Shown: in pieces, positions 53,027 through 64,000 of the stretch
How positions within the stretch are numbered: the stretch's first letter is position 1
Layout: each line of letters begins with the position of its first letter
NCBI RefSeq assembly: GCF_032444005.1
Contig: NC_091288.1
Coordinates: 201,686,001 to 201,750,000, forward strand
From: Ranitomeya imitator
Lineage: Eukaryota
Reading direction: 5' to 3'
DNA length: 64,000 nucleotides
Made by a program: the position numbers and the translations under genes
The notes under the pieces: generated by a model
What the model was told of the DNA's origin: nothing
The model's database searches: none
Seen by the model: the letters and a program-made list of their open reading frames with translations, nothing else

Positions 53027-55512
53027 TAACATAGTAACATAGTTAGTAAGGCCGAAAAAAGACATTTGTCCATCCAGTTCAGCCTATATTCCATCATAAT
53101 AAATCCCCAGATCTACGTCCTTCTACAGAACCTAATTGTATGATACAATATTGTTCTGCTCCAGGAAGACATCCAGGCCTCTCTTGAACCCCTCGACTGA
53201 GTTTGCCATCACCACCTCCTCAGGCAAGCAATTCCAGATTCTCACTGCCCTAACAGTAAAGAATCCTCTTCTATGTTGGTGGAAAAACCTTCTCTCCTCC
53301 AGACGCAAAGAATGCCCCCTTGTGCCCGTCACCTTCCTTGGTATAAACAGATCCTCAGCGAGATATTTGTATTGTCCCCTTATATACTTATACATGGTTA
53401 TTAGATCGCCCCTCAGTCGTCTTTTTTCTAGACTAAATAATCCTAATTTCGCTAATCTATCTGGGTATTGTAGTTCTCCCATCCCCTTTATTAATTTTGT
53501 TGCCCTCCTTTGTACTCTCTCTAGTTCCATTATATCCTTCCTGAGCACCGGTGCCCAAAACTGGACACAGTACTCCATGTGCGGTCTAACTAGGGATTTG
53601 TACAGAGGCAGTATAATGCTCTCATCATGTGTATCCAGACCTCTTTTAATGCACCCCATGATCCTGTTTGCCTTGGCAGCTGCTGCCTGGCACTGGCTGC
53701 TCCAGGTAAGTTTATCATTAACTAGGATCCCCAAGTCCTTCTCCCTGTCAGATTTACCCAGTGGTTTCCCATTCAGTGTGTAATGGTGACATTGATTCCT
53801 TCTTCCCATGTGTATAACCTTACATTTATCATTGTTAAATCTCATCTGCCACCTTTCAGCCCAAGTTTCCAACTTATCCAGATCCATCTGTAGCAGAATA
53901 CTATCTTCTCTTGTATTAACTGCTTTACATAGTTTTGTATCATCTGCAAATATCGATATTTTACTGTGTAAACCTTCTACCAGATCATTAATGAATATGT
54001 TGAAGAGAACAGGTCCCAATACTGACCCCTGCGGTACCCCACTGGTCACAGCGACCCAGTTAGAGACTATACCATTTATAACCACCCTCTGCTTTCTATC
54101 ACTAAGCCAGTTACTAACCCATTTACACACATTTTCCCCCAGACCAAGCATTCTCATTTTGTGTACCAACCTCTTGTGCGGCACGGTATCAAACGCTTTG
54201 GAAAAATCGAGATATACCACGTCCAATGACTCACCGTGGTCCAGTCTATAGCTTACCTCTTCATAAAAACTGATTAGATTGGTTTGACAGGAGCGATTTC
54301 TCATAAACCCATGCTGATATGGAGTTAAACAGTTATTCTCATTGAGATAATCCAGAATAACATCCCTCAGAAACCCTTCAAATATTTTACCAACAATAGA
54401 GGTTAGACTTACTGGCCTATAATTTCCAGGTTCACTTTTAGAGCCCTTTTTGAATATTGGCACCACATTTGCTATGTGCCAATCCTGCGGAACAGACCCT
54501 GTCGCTATAGAGTCCCTAAAAATAAGAAATAATGGTTTATCTATTACATTACTTAGTTCTCTTAGTACTCGTGGGTGTATGCCATCCGGACCCGGAGATT
54601 TATCTATTTTAATCTTATTTAGCCGGTTTCGCACCTCTTCTTGGGTTAGATTGGTGACCCTTAATATAGGGTTTTCATTGTTTCTTGGGATTTCACCTAG
54701 CATTTCATTTTCCACCGTGAATACCGTGGAGAAGAAGGTGTTTAATATGTTAGCTTTTTCCTCGTCATCTACAACCATTCTTTCCTCACTATTTTTTAAG
54801 GGGCCTACATTTTCAGTTTTTATTCTTTTACTATTGATATAGTTGAAGAACAGTTTGGGATTAGTTTTACTCTCCTTAGCAATGTGCTTCTCGGTTTCCT
54901 TTTTGGCAGCTTTAATTAGTTTTTTAGATAAAGTATTTTTCTCCCTATAGTTTTTTAGAGCTTCAATGGTGCCATCCTGCTTTAGTAGTGCAAATGCTTT
55001 CTTTTTACTGTTAATTGCCTGTCTTACTTCTTTGTTTAGCCACATTGGGTTTTTCCTATTTCTAGTCCTTTTATTCCCACAAGGTATAAACCGCTTACAG
55101 TGCCTATTTAGGATGTTCTTAAACATTTCCCATTTATTATCTGTATTCTTATTTCTGAGGATATTGTCCCAGTCTACCAGATTAAGGGCATCTCTAAGCT
55201 GGTCAAACTTTGCCTTCCTAAAGTTCAATGTTTTTGTGACTCCCTGACAAGTCCCCCTAGTGAAAGACAGGTGAAACTGTACAATATTGTGGTCGCTATT
55301 TCCTAGATGCCCGACCACCTGCAGATTTGTTATTCTGTCAGGTCTATTAGATAGTATTAGGTCTAAAAGTGCTGCTCCTCTGGTTGGATTCTGCACCAAT
55401 TGTGAAAGATAATTTTTCTTGGTTATTAGCAGAAACCTGTTGCCTTTATGGGTTTCACAGGTTTCTGTTTCCCAGTTAATATCCGGGTAGTTAAAGTCCC
55501 CCATAACCAGGG
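53027..55512 (-). mobile_element. 5'-truncated CR1 LINE with (TAACATAG)n tail on +
   Basis: Uninterrupted ORF2 from MGDFN to the C-terminus. Confidence 0.93.
53132..55504 (-). CDS. CR1 ORF2 fragment (partial endonuclease and reverse transcriptase, 790 aa)
   Basis: GDFNYPDINW, YRPVSLTS, LDFSKAFD, GVPQGSVLGP, FADD. Confidence 0.92.
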   Translation of the reverse strand: MGDFNYPDINWETETCETHKGNRFLLITKKNYLSQLVQNPTRGAALLDLILSNRPDRITNLQVVGHLGNSDHNIVQFHLSFTRGTCQGVTKTLNFRKAKFDQLRDALNLVDWDNILRNKNTDNKWEMFKNILNRHCKRFIPCGNKRTRNRKNPMWLNKEVRQAINSKKKAFALLKQDGTIEALKNYREKNTLSKKLIKAAKKETEKHIAKESKTNPKLFFNYINSKRIKTENVGPLKNSEERMVVDDEEKANILNTFFSTVFTVENEMLGEIPRNNENPILRVTNLTQEEVRNRLNKIKIDKSPGPDGIHPRVLRELSNVIDKPLFLIFRDSIATGSVPQDWHIANVVPIFKKGSKSEPGNYRPVSLTSIVGKIFEGFLRDVILDYLNENNCLTPYQHGFMRNRSCQTNLISFYEEVSYRLDHGESLDVVYLDFSKAFDTVPHKRLVHKMRMLGLGENVCKWVSNWLSDRKQRVVINGIVSNWVAVTSGVPQGSVLGPVLFNIFINDLVEGLHSKISIFADDTKLCKAVNTREDSILLQMDLDKLETWAERWQMRFNNDKCKVIHMGRRNQCHHYTLNGKPLGKSDREKDLGILVNDKLTWSSQCQAAAAKANRIMGCIKRGLDTHDESIILPLYKSLVRPHMEYCVQFWAPVLRKDIMELERVQRRATKLIKGMGELQYPDRLAKLGLFSLEKRRLRGDLITMYKYIRGQYKYLAEDLFIPRKVTGTRGHSLRLEERRFFHQHRRGFFTVRAVRIWNCLPEEVVMANSVEGFKRGLDVFLEQNNIVSYN

Positions 55513-57217
55513 ACTGTTAACCTTGTGAAAAAATATTTTGTTTATATCACCCTTGCCCAAGGCATGCACTTTAATTTTTCTGTTGAATTGTGAGTTTTCG
55601 GCATTATGAACTGCAGTTCTTATTACTATATTCAGAAATAAATGTTAAAGTACCAAATTTATATCCACAGGATTTTTTTTTCTAATTAGTGGTCAAAAGA
55701 AATGCAATAATAAAATATGTGTTTCTACTTACATGTGGCAATTTCAAAGAAGAAATATAATACATTTGCACGTTCAGCAATAAAGACACCCCTAATTAAC
55801 CCTTTAACTCCTTTGCCACTTTCCGTTTTTGTTTTTTGCTCCCCTTCTTCCCAGAGCCGTAACTTTCTTATTTTTCAGTCCAAATGGCCATGCGAGGGCT
55901 TGTTTTTTTGCGGGGCAAGTTGTACTTTTGAACGACACCATTGGTTTTAACATATTGTGTACTCGAAAACGGGGGGAAAAATTCAAGTGTGGTGAAAGTG
56001 CAAAAAAAAAAGTGCAATCCCATCAGTTGTTTTTAGGGTTTTCCATTACCATGTTCACTAAATGCTAAAACTCACCGGCAATTATAATTCTCCGGGTCAT
56101 TACGAGTTGATAGACACCAAACATGTCTAGGTTTTTTCTTATTTAAGTGGTGAAACAAAAATCCAATCTTTAGTTAAAAAAAAAAAAAAAGTGCTATTTT
56201 CCAAGACCCTTAGCGTCTAAATTTTTCGTGATCTCGAGTCAGGCGAGATCTTATTTTTTTGTCCACTGAGCTGACATTTTTATTCATACCATTTTGGTGC
56301 AGATACGTTCTTTTGATCGCCCGTTGTTGCATTCTATTTCAATGTAGCGGAACCAGAAAAATGTGATTCTGACGTTTTGAATTTTATTCTCATTACGCCG
56401 TTTAGCGATCAGGTTCATTATTTTTTTATATTGATTGGGCGATTGCAATACCAAATGTGAATATTTGATATTTTATTCAGTCGCCATGACAGCACAACGA
56501 GAGAGGGGATCCGCCCTTCAGGGACAGGAAACCTCAGACATAAAAGGGCGGCACCTCACTCACCCGCCAGTTGGTTTCCTGTCCCTGACAGTGGAACCTC
56601 TTCAGACAGGCCCAGAGAAGAGGGTTGAAGATAGAAGCTATCCCACTCCTGACAGGCCGATGCAGGTAGCGGGGGTCCCCTACCTCGGCCTGATCAGGGG
56701 GATGGAAGCACCACACGGCAGGGGGACTGTCTGTGTAGGTGACAGCAGGAGGAAGCAGCCCTAAGCGGGGGGCTTGACTTCTGTGGTGCCGCTGTTCACC
56801 TGGTACGTGAGGCCCAATGGTGCGCATCTGCCGGAGCTCCTGGGGTCGGTCCGCCGCTGCTGCTGGGGTCTGCGGTGGCTAGGTGAGCGCTGCCGTCCTT
56901 GTTTGGCGCGTCTGCTCTCAGCGCCGCGGCCGTGTCCGGAAGGGGCGTGTCCTGATGACGCGGGTGCGGCGCGGGGCGATGACGCGGCCGCGCATGCGCG
57001 GTAGCGTCTTATCCTGGCTAATGGCGGCGCCCGGCGTCGCAGGGGGGGATTTTGGCCTCAGGGTGTCTGGCGCTCTACGGGCGCTAGCGGGGGCAGTACC
57101 AATTAGCGGTGCACCGAGGGATGTCCCTGCTGACCCCCCATCCGGGGGTGGTACCCAGGGGGATAGATTTAAACGCTGCACTGAGGCCTCAACATTGTTC
57201 CTGTCCACCATCTTGGA

Positions 57218-57433
57218 ATGGAGTCTCTGGAAGGAACACCGCAGCTGGGCGGTGAGCAGCAGCAGTTACCTGAACAACCTTTGAGCAGCTCCCAGCGGCG
57301 TTCTAGTGGCAGTAGTCGCGCTGGTAGAGCCAAAGAAACTCAGAAGTCAACTAAGTCCTCTGGCCGTAAGGAATCTCCGGCTAAGAAGGACCCCCCGATC
57401 ACGGTACCATTCACTGCAGGGATGGGTAAGTGA
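57218..57433 (+). CDS. Putative 5' exon of DIRS gag (S/R/K-rich)
   Basis: ATG ORF ending at a GTAAGT donor just upstream of the ATG-less gag ORF. Confidence 0.45.
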   Translation: MESLEGTPQLGGEQQQLPEQPLSSSQRRSSGSSRAGRAKETQKSTKSSGRKESPAKKDPPITVPFTAGMGK

Positions 57434-57493
57434 GCTTCGTGAAAGTACATTTCTGATAGCTGTCCCTCCTTGTATTCCCTCTCTCCTTATTAG

Positions 57494-58732
57494 GGGAGGA
57501 AATCTGTGTCCAAATCCAAACATAGAGAGTGTGCCATCTGTACGGAACCTCTTCCGGATGGACATAAAAAGAAATTGTGCAGCATCTGCATTCAACAATT
57601 AATTGAGGACGAGACCCCTGGCCTTACGTCTACTCTTAGGGATCTGGTTAGACAGGAGGTCAGAGATTCCATAAGGTCTCAGAAGACAGTTTCAAAAAAG
57701 AGGAAGGAGATATTATCCCCAGCCTCGGATGTGGATTCAGACACGGGTGGTGTGAGTTCGGATTCTCATCCGTCATCATCATCAGAGGACGTGGAATCTA
57801 GTCGAACCTGTCTATCACTGGACAGGGTTAACCGCTTAGTCAAAGCTGTCAATAGCACTATGGGCATTGAGGAGACCCAGGCGGAATGTTCCATCCAGGA
57901 TATAATGTTTAAAGGCATAGATCGCAAATCCAGAAGAGTATTTCCCGTAGTTGATAAAGTTAAGTCTCTGATTACGAGAGAATGGAAAAAACCCGAAAGG
58001 AAGGGGTCTCTCCCACCAGCGTTCAAAAGAAGATATCCCTTTGAGGAAGAAGCTTCTTCCTCCTGGGACAAGGTCCCGAAACTGGATGCGGCGGTGGCTA
58101 AAGCATGTAAAAAGACGTCTCTTCCGTTTGAGGATCTGGGGAGCCTAAAAGACCCGCTTGATAGGAAAGCTGAGGTATTCCTTAAAGGAGCTTGGGAAAC
58201 ATCAGCGGGTTCCCTGAGACCAGCGATTGCGGCCACCTGCACTGCCCGGTCGTTGATGGTATGGCTGGGTAATCTAGAAGACCAGCTCAAGGATAAGGTT
58301 CCTAGGAGCGAGATCCTATCATCTATGTCTATGATTCAGGATGCAGCAGCCTTCCTTGCGGATGCGTCAGCCGATTCTGTTAGGCTAGCGGCAAGGTCAT
58401 CAGCACTGTCCAATGCGGCCCGTAGGGCTCTTTGGATAAAATGCTGGCCAGGAGACTTGCAGGCCAGATCAAAACTATGTGGCATCCCCTGTGAGGGGGT
58501 TCATTTGTTTGGCCCAGTGCTGGATGAGCTTCTAGAAAAAGCAGGTGACAGTAAGAAGCGATTCCCTCTCCTAACAAGACCCTTCTATAGACGGGACTAT
58601 AATAGAGGAGGGCCATATCGCCGAAGATCGGACAGGGATTCAAATAGAGAATCGACCAGATACAACTCTTACAGGAGAAGAGGTAGAGGTTACATGTTTA
58701 ACTCTTCTAGAGACTCTAAAAAGCATCAATGA
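57494..58732 (+). CDS. DIRS gag-like ORF1
   Basis: CxxC...CxxC at the N-terminus; position upstream of RT. Confidence 0.85.
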   Translation, partial: GRKSVSKSKHRECAICTEPLPDGHKKKLCSICIQQLIEDETPGLTSTLRDLVRQEVRDSIRSQKTVSKKRKEILSPASDVDSDTGGVSSDSHPSSSSEDVESSRTCLSLDRVNRLVKAVNSTMGIEETQAECSIQDIMFKGIDRKSRRVFPVVDKVKSLITREWKKPERKGSLPPAFKRRYPFEEEASSSWDKVPKLDAAVAKACKKTSLPFEDLGSLKDPLDRKAEVFLKGAWETSAGSLRPAIAATCTARSLMVWLGNLEDQLKDKVPRSEILSSMSMIQDAAAFLADASADSVRLAARSSALSNAARRALWIKCWPGDLQARSKLCGIPCEGVHLFGPVLDELLEKAGDSKKRFPLLTRPFYRRDYNRGGPYRRRSDRDSNRESTRYNSYRRRGRGYMFNSSRDSKKHQ

Positions 58733-60629
58733 CTGGCGGCCCAGGTGGGCGGTAGGCTTTTGGCCTTCTACCCAGCCTGGGTAAAAATCACCAATAGTCC
58801 ATGGATACTCAGTATCATTAAAGAGGGGCTAAAGTTCCAATTCCACCATACCCCCCTGGAAAAATTCAAATTAACTCCTATCCGTTCTTCTCCCGCAGAA
58901 CAGTTGGCGTTGGAGTCAGAGGTTCGAGATCTCCAAAAAAAAGGGGGTTCTCGTTAAAGTACCTACGGAGGAACAAGGTACGGGGTTTTACTCCCCTTTA
59001 TTCCTGGTAAAGAAGCCAGATGGATCTTATCGTACCATCATCAATCTGAAGGGCCTGAATGTATTCCTGCTGGTCCCATCCTTTAAAATGGAATCTGTGA
59101 AGTCGGCAATAAAGCTTCTTTTTCACAATTGCTTCATGGTTGTCTTAGATCTGAAAGACGCCTATTATCATGTCCCGATACATGCAACTCATCAGCGCTT
59201 TCTCAGGGTGGCGATTTCTCTTGCCGGCACAGTGGAGCACTTTCAATATCGGGCACTCCCCTTTGGTGTTGCAGTCGCACCTCGGGTGTTCACTAAGATT
59301 ATGGTGGAGGTTATGGCACACCTTCATGAGCAAAATATACTAATAATTCCCTATCTGGATGATTTATTGATCGTTGGGCGCTCAGAGGTACACTGTAAAG
59401 AACAGTTGGGGAAAGTGATGGCGGCGTTACACAACTTAGGATGGATTATCAATCTCAAAAAGTCGCGTCTTCAGCCCTCAACATCACAGCAGTTCTTGGG
59501 TCTTACTGTGGATTCAGCTCAGCAGGAATGTCGCCTGCCAGACTCAAAAGTTGATACTATTCACCGGCTGGCCTCCAGGGCAATTAGTAATCCCGTAGTT
59601 TCCCTAAGAAGTGCTATGTCACTCTTAGGTTCACTTACTTCTTGTTTTCCGGCGGTGATGTGGGCACAGTTTCACTCCAGGGCTCTGCAATGGGATGTTC
59701 TGCATAATTTTCGGCGTCTGGGCGCTAACCTTGACAAAAAATTTTCCCTATCTGTAGAGGCCACGGGTTCACTAAGGTGGTGGACACACATCCCTAATCT
59801 GCGTAAAGGGGTACCTTGGACATATCATATATCACGGGTAATAACAACGGATGCTAGCCCCACGGGGTGGGGAGCACACTGGGAGGACAATTGCATTCAG
59901 GGTCTGTGGTCCCATTCTGAGCGAGACACGTCCTCCAATCTGAAGGAATTGATGGCGGTGGAATGCGCCTTAGATAGGTTCCTTATACCTCTGCAGGGTA
60001 GACATGTTAGGATACTCTCTGACAACCAGGTGACCGTTGCTTATGTGAACCACCAAGGAGGTACACGGTCTAGGTCATTAATGAACGTTACAAATCATAT
60101 CTTTCAGATGGCCGAAAATCACCTGCTCTCCCTTACGGCCCTTCATATAAAGGGAAATCTAAATACCATGGCCGATTACTTAAGCCGCAACGAGCTCAGA
60201 CAAGGGGACTGGTCTCTAAAACCGGCTGTCTTCAATCAGATCGTGCGGTTGTGGGGATGTCCAGAGATAGATCTGTTTGCCAGTCGAGGAAACAAGAAAC
60301 TCCATCAATTCTGTTCCCTAGACCCAAGGGACAACCCGTACGCAGTCGACGCTCTTCTGATCCCCTGGAATTTCAATCTCGCCTACGCTTTCCCTCCTCT
60401 GAATCTCATTCCTATAGTTCTGAGGAAAATTCGCGAAGACGGAGCCCGAGTGGTTTTAATAGCCCCATTCTGGCCCAGAAGGTCTTGGTTCCCATGGTTG
60501 AGAAGCATGTCCATTTCCCAACCATGGATCCTCCCAGAAATACCGGACCTCCTTTCCCAGGGTCCAGTCTTCCATCCACGAGTAACCAACTTGCACCTGA
60601 CAGCGTGGAACTTGAGAGGTCACTTCTGA
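58733..60629 (+). CDS. DIRS pol (RT, RNase H, adenine-methyltransferase-like); one frameshift at the A8 run 58935-58942
   Basis: LDLKDAYYH, LPFG, YLDD, TTDAS, IDLFAS, YAFPP. Confidence 0.92.
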
Positions 60630-61639
60630 AAGGAAAGGGATTCTCCCAGAATCTTGTAAATACTCTACTTAAAAGTAGGAAAGCCTCCACGACTAGCATT
60701 TATGTTAGGGTATGGAGGAAGTTCCTATCAAGTTCAGGAGCACAAATCGATCAAAAACCTGATATTGCTCAGATCCTAGAATTTTTACAGAAGGGCCTAG
60801 AGTTAGGCTTAGCCACCAGCACCCTTAGAGTTCAGGTTTCAGCTCTAGGGGCACTATATAATTCCAACATAGCCAGTAATCACTGGATAACAAGGTTTTT
60901 CAAAGCGGTCACCAGATCCAGGCCGGTTGTTAAACAGAGAATAGTTCCATGGGACCTAAATCTTCTGCTCTCAGCTCTAACACAAGCTCCGTTCGAGCCT
61001 ATTGACTCTGTCCCGATCAAGATCCTGTCGGTCAAAACAGCCCTCTTAGTTGCTCTTACATCGGCAAGAAGGGTTAGTGATCTTCAGGCATTATCCAGGC
61101 AACGTCCATATATGCAATTTTTGGAAGATAGAGTGGTGATGAGGCCTGACCCTCTTTATCTTCCAAAGGTTGCCTCAAAATTTCATAGATCCCAGGAGGT
61201 GATCCTACCTTCATTTTGTCCTAATCCCTCTAACAATAAGGAGCAGAGATTTCATTGTTTGGACGTACGTAGGTGCCTTCTTAAATACATTTCAGTAACA
61301 GACACCTGGAAAAAAGACCACGCATTATTTTTATCCTACCAGGGGGTTAGGAAGGGACTTAGAGTATCAAAAAATACCCTAGCCAGATGGATTAGGGAGG
61401 CGATATCTCTTGCTTATACCGCAGGTGGCGTGGAGATTCCAGAAGGTATAAAGGCTCACTCCACTCGTGCGGTAGCCACATCCTGGGCTGAGAGAGCAGA
61501 AGTATCGATTGAGGACATCTGTAAGGCGGCCACATGGTCTTCTCCATCCACCTTTCTTAGACACTATAGATTAGATCTAGGTGGCTCCTCCGACCTCACG
61601 TTTGGGAGAAGGGTGCTGGAAGCTATTATCCCTCCCTAG
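60251..61639 (+). CDS. DIRS tyrosine recombinase (overlaps the 3' end of pol)
   Basis: LTSARRVSDL (R), HSTR (HxxR), FLRHYRL (Y). Confidence 0.92.
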   Translation: MGMSRDRSVCQSRKQETPSILFPRPKGQPVRSRRSSDPLEFQSRLRFPSSESHSYSSEENSRRRSPSGFNSPILAQKVLVPMVEKHVHFPTMDPPRNTGPPFPGSSLPSTSNQLAPDSVELERSLLKGKGFSQNLVNTLLKSRKASTTSIYVRVWRKFLSSSGAQIDQKPDIAQILEFLQKGLELGLATSTLRVQVSALGALYNSNIASNHWITRFFKAVTRSRPVVKQRIVPWDLNLLLSALTQAPFEPIDSVPIKILSVKTALLVALTSARRVSDLQALSRQRPYMQFLEDRVVMRPDPLYLPKVASKFHRSQEVILPSFCPNPSNNKEQRFHCLDVRRCLLKYISVTDTWKKDHALFLSYQGVRKGLRVSKNTLARWIREAISLAYTAGGVEIPEGIKAHSTRAVATSWAERAEVSIEDICKAATWSSPSTFLRHYRLDLGGSSDLTFGRRVLEAIIPP

Positions 61640-62168
61640 TCACCTTTTCACTTCTCTGAAAGTCTCTCGTTGTGCTGTCATGGCGACTGAATAAATACGT
61701 ACGCTACTCACCTGGTAGCAGTGTTTTTTCAGGAGCCATGACAGCACCCTTATATTCCCTACCCTCTTTGTTTATGGGTTCAACACTTCCTTTAGAAAAT
61801 TCCTAAGTTTATTCACTGGGTGAATTGTACCATATATTAATATTGTTTATGTGCTACTAACCTAGAAGGTCCTTTCATACTCTGTAAACCAACTGGCGGG
61901 GGAGTGAGGTGCCGCCCTTTTATGTCTGAGGTTTCCTGTCCCTGAAGGGCGGATCCCCTCTCTCGTTGTGCTGTCATGGCTCCTGAAAAAACACTACCAC
62001 CAGGTGAGTAGCGTACGTATTTTCTATTTTATTTTGAATGGGGCGAAATGGGGTTTGATTTTAACTTTTATATATATATGTTTAAGATTTTTAAATACTT
62101 TTTTTTTTTTTTAGTTTTGCATGCTTCAATAGTCTCCATGGGAGACTAGAAGCTGCAGTTGTCTAATC

Positions 62169-62330
62169 CAGAGGTCCCCAACTCCAGTCCTCAAGGCCCA
62201 CCAACATGTCATGTTTTCAGGATTTCCTTAGTCTTGCCCAGGTAATAATTGCATCACCTGTGCAATGCAAAGGAAATCCTGAAAAAATGACCTGTTGGTG
62301 GGCCTTGAGGACTGGAGTTGGGGACCTCTG
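62169..62330. mobile_element. hAT-type MITE
   Basis: CAGAGGTCCCCAAC...GTTGGGGACCTCTG; perfect 8-bp TSD GTCTAATC. Confidence 0.9.
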
Positions 62331-63106
62331 GTCTAATCGGCTCTGCTACACACAGGCAATGAATATTGATTGCCTGTGTGTATCAGAAATGCTCACATGT
62401 GATGAGCGCCAACCACTGGGAGGCGCTCATAGCAATCCGGCTATGACAACCATAGAGGTCTGATGGAGACCTCTGGTTGGCATGCCAACCCATTGGTGAC
62501 CCGCGATCACATGACAGGGTCACTGATGGGCAGGATTTCAGTAAACCCCAGTTAAATGCCGCTGTCAGAGATTTACAGCAACATTTAACTGGTCAACAAC
62601 AGCGGGTGGATCATGATTCCACGTGCGGCTGTTAGAGGCACATGTCAGCTGTTAAAAACAGCTGACATGTGGCGGGAAAAATGTGGGCTCAGCGCAGGAC
62701 TCCCATCGAAGGAAGGGATTCCGACGTGGGCGTACTATTACTCCCAACGTCGGAAAGGGGTTAAAAATAACAAATACAGTTATAATTACCTTACGCCTAT
62801 TTCATAGAAGCCATGGTCTCCTGTAAAAAAGGCTGTCAAGTTTGGGGCAGGAGACCTGGGACCAGTCCATGCAACACACAAATGTATCAATCGGGCATAT
62901 GGTAAGTTCAGGTGGTGGCAGATTCTTTATGGCAATAATATAAGGAACATTTTCTGCACAGAATAATGGCCATGCATAGTAAGATTCTGCACCACAAATC
63001 CACACTAAATGTACATATTGCGCCTCCTGACAGCTGCTGGCCTGGACACTTCAAAAAGCACCACAAAAAAATATATTAGATAGATAGATAATGTTGGGGT
63101 ACTCAC

Positions 63107-63222
63107 CGAAATGGGCGCTGAGCCACGCTCTTCGTCACGGCACATACATGCTGCCCGAGCTGCTTCCAAGTGTCTAGGTTTAACACCTCCATGTTGTAAT
63201 ACAGCTGTAGAAACACAAGGGC
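63107..63222 (-). CDS. EME2: EME2 internal exon
   Basis: ALVFLQLYYNMEVLNLDTWKQLGQHVCAVTKSVAQRPF(R); 116 nt; phase 2 matches the exon at 52885. Confidence 0.9.
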
Positions 63223-63689
63223 CTGACCTCCCAGAGCGCAACAAGGAGAAGACAAATGTATTACACAATTAACCTTCATTTATATTGAGAATCAGCGCTG
63301 AACTGCCTGTTCCTCAAGCACTGAACGCAGAGAGCTGAGCGGTCCCTGACGCCATGATTTCACTTCTGCCGTATTTCTAGAGAACCTGTGGTCCTTAAAT
63401 AAGCATATTATTAGCCCTGAACCTAATACCCTCATGAAATAAAACGGTCAGTGTTGCCAATAACAACCAATCTGATCTCAGCTTTCGTTTTTTAAACTGC
63501 TCTGGAAAGAAGAAAGCTGCACTGCGATTGGTTGCTCGGGGAAAGGGCTAGTTTTTACTATTTTGATAAATGAGGCCTAAGGTCTCTTACTCATCCTGTG
63601 TCATTATAACCTCAAAGATGGGGTTGGCTAAATATATTATTAATTAATATTACATATGGTGAAATATAGAAAACAACCAATTAGCTCAC

Positions 63690-63789
63690 CTCATCTATTT
63701 GTCTCCAGGTTACCCAACCATCTTCCTCATCGGGCTTTGATTTCACCTCCAGCGAATGCCTCTCCATTTTGTGAGACAGCCTTTGACAT
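63690..63789 (-). CDS. EME2: EME2 internal exon (the gene continues beyond the window)
   Basis: CQRLSHK...GWVTWRQIDE; AG/GT; 100 nt. Confidence 0.8.
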
Positions 63790-64000
63790 CTACGAGTGTG
63801 AATAAACATCTAATGGAAGAGTCTGGACACTCACTGTACGCGGTTTTATTAAGAGACCTGCCCCCAAAATTCTCAACGTCACAATGTTAAAAAGGTGAAA
63901 ACCTTTAGGATATATTTCTTCTTGGCTGCAATACGACAATTTAAGGCTTTGTTCACATTTGCGTTGTGCGGTGCTGCGTCGGCGACGCAACGCATGCAAA

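Larger units (their letters stand above)
56472..62022 (+). mobile_element. Full-length DIRS1-type tyrosine-recombinase retrotransposon (5551 bp)
   Basis: ITRs 56472-56577 and 61886-62022; ICR 61663-61747 complementary to both ends; TTT at both termini; gag, RT-RNaseH-MTase and YR ORFs. Confidence 0.96.
55796..62764. mobile_element. piggyBac-like non-autonomous host element (55796-56471 and 62023-62764) split by DIRS and a hAT MITE
   Basis: TTAACCC...GGGGTTAA ends; aligns with the reverse complement of 44028-45270. Confidence 0.65.

Noticed and set aside
63835-63930. Additional EME2 exon (GTGAGT donor near 63834)
   Set aside because: Translation does not resemble the expected upstream EME2 segment

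Overview
Vertebrate nuclear DNA. It is most likely a frog, inferred from the repeat families and the histone and gene sequences. From left to right: (1) 1-11720 is a tandem array of a 36-bp monomer (about 325 copies, continuing off the left edge) with a 3.7-4.3 kb higher-order period. The monomer looks like the 3' processing region of a replication-dependent histone gene (stem-loop 3' arm, cleavage site and U7-binding element). (2) 12.1-22 kb is a histone cluster H3(+) H4(+) H2B(+, body masked by N) H2A(+) H3(-) H4(-), each with a 3' stem-loop; H2B is followed by a second, 24-bp array grown from its stem-loop. (3) NUBP2 (- strand, 7 coding exons, one GC donor) lies head-to-head with SPSB3 (+ strand, 6 coding exons), which is tail-to-tail with the last four exons of EME2 (- strand). 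(4) Introns are crowded with transposons: MITEs, Tc1 remnants, L2/SINE pieces, a Penelope-type repeat with an intact minimal hammerhead ribozyme, a 5'-truncated CR1 with an open 790-aa ORF, and a full-length 5.55-kb DIRS1-type retrotransposon nested in a piggyBac-like MITE. All calls come from reading the sequence; no searches were run.
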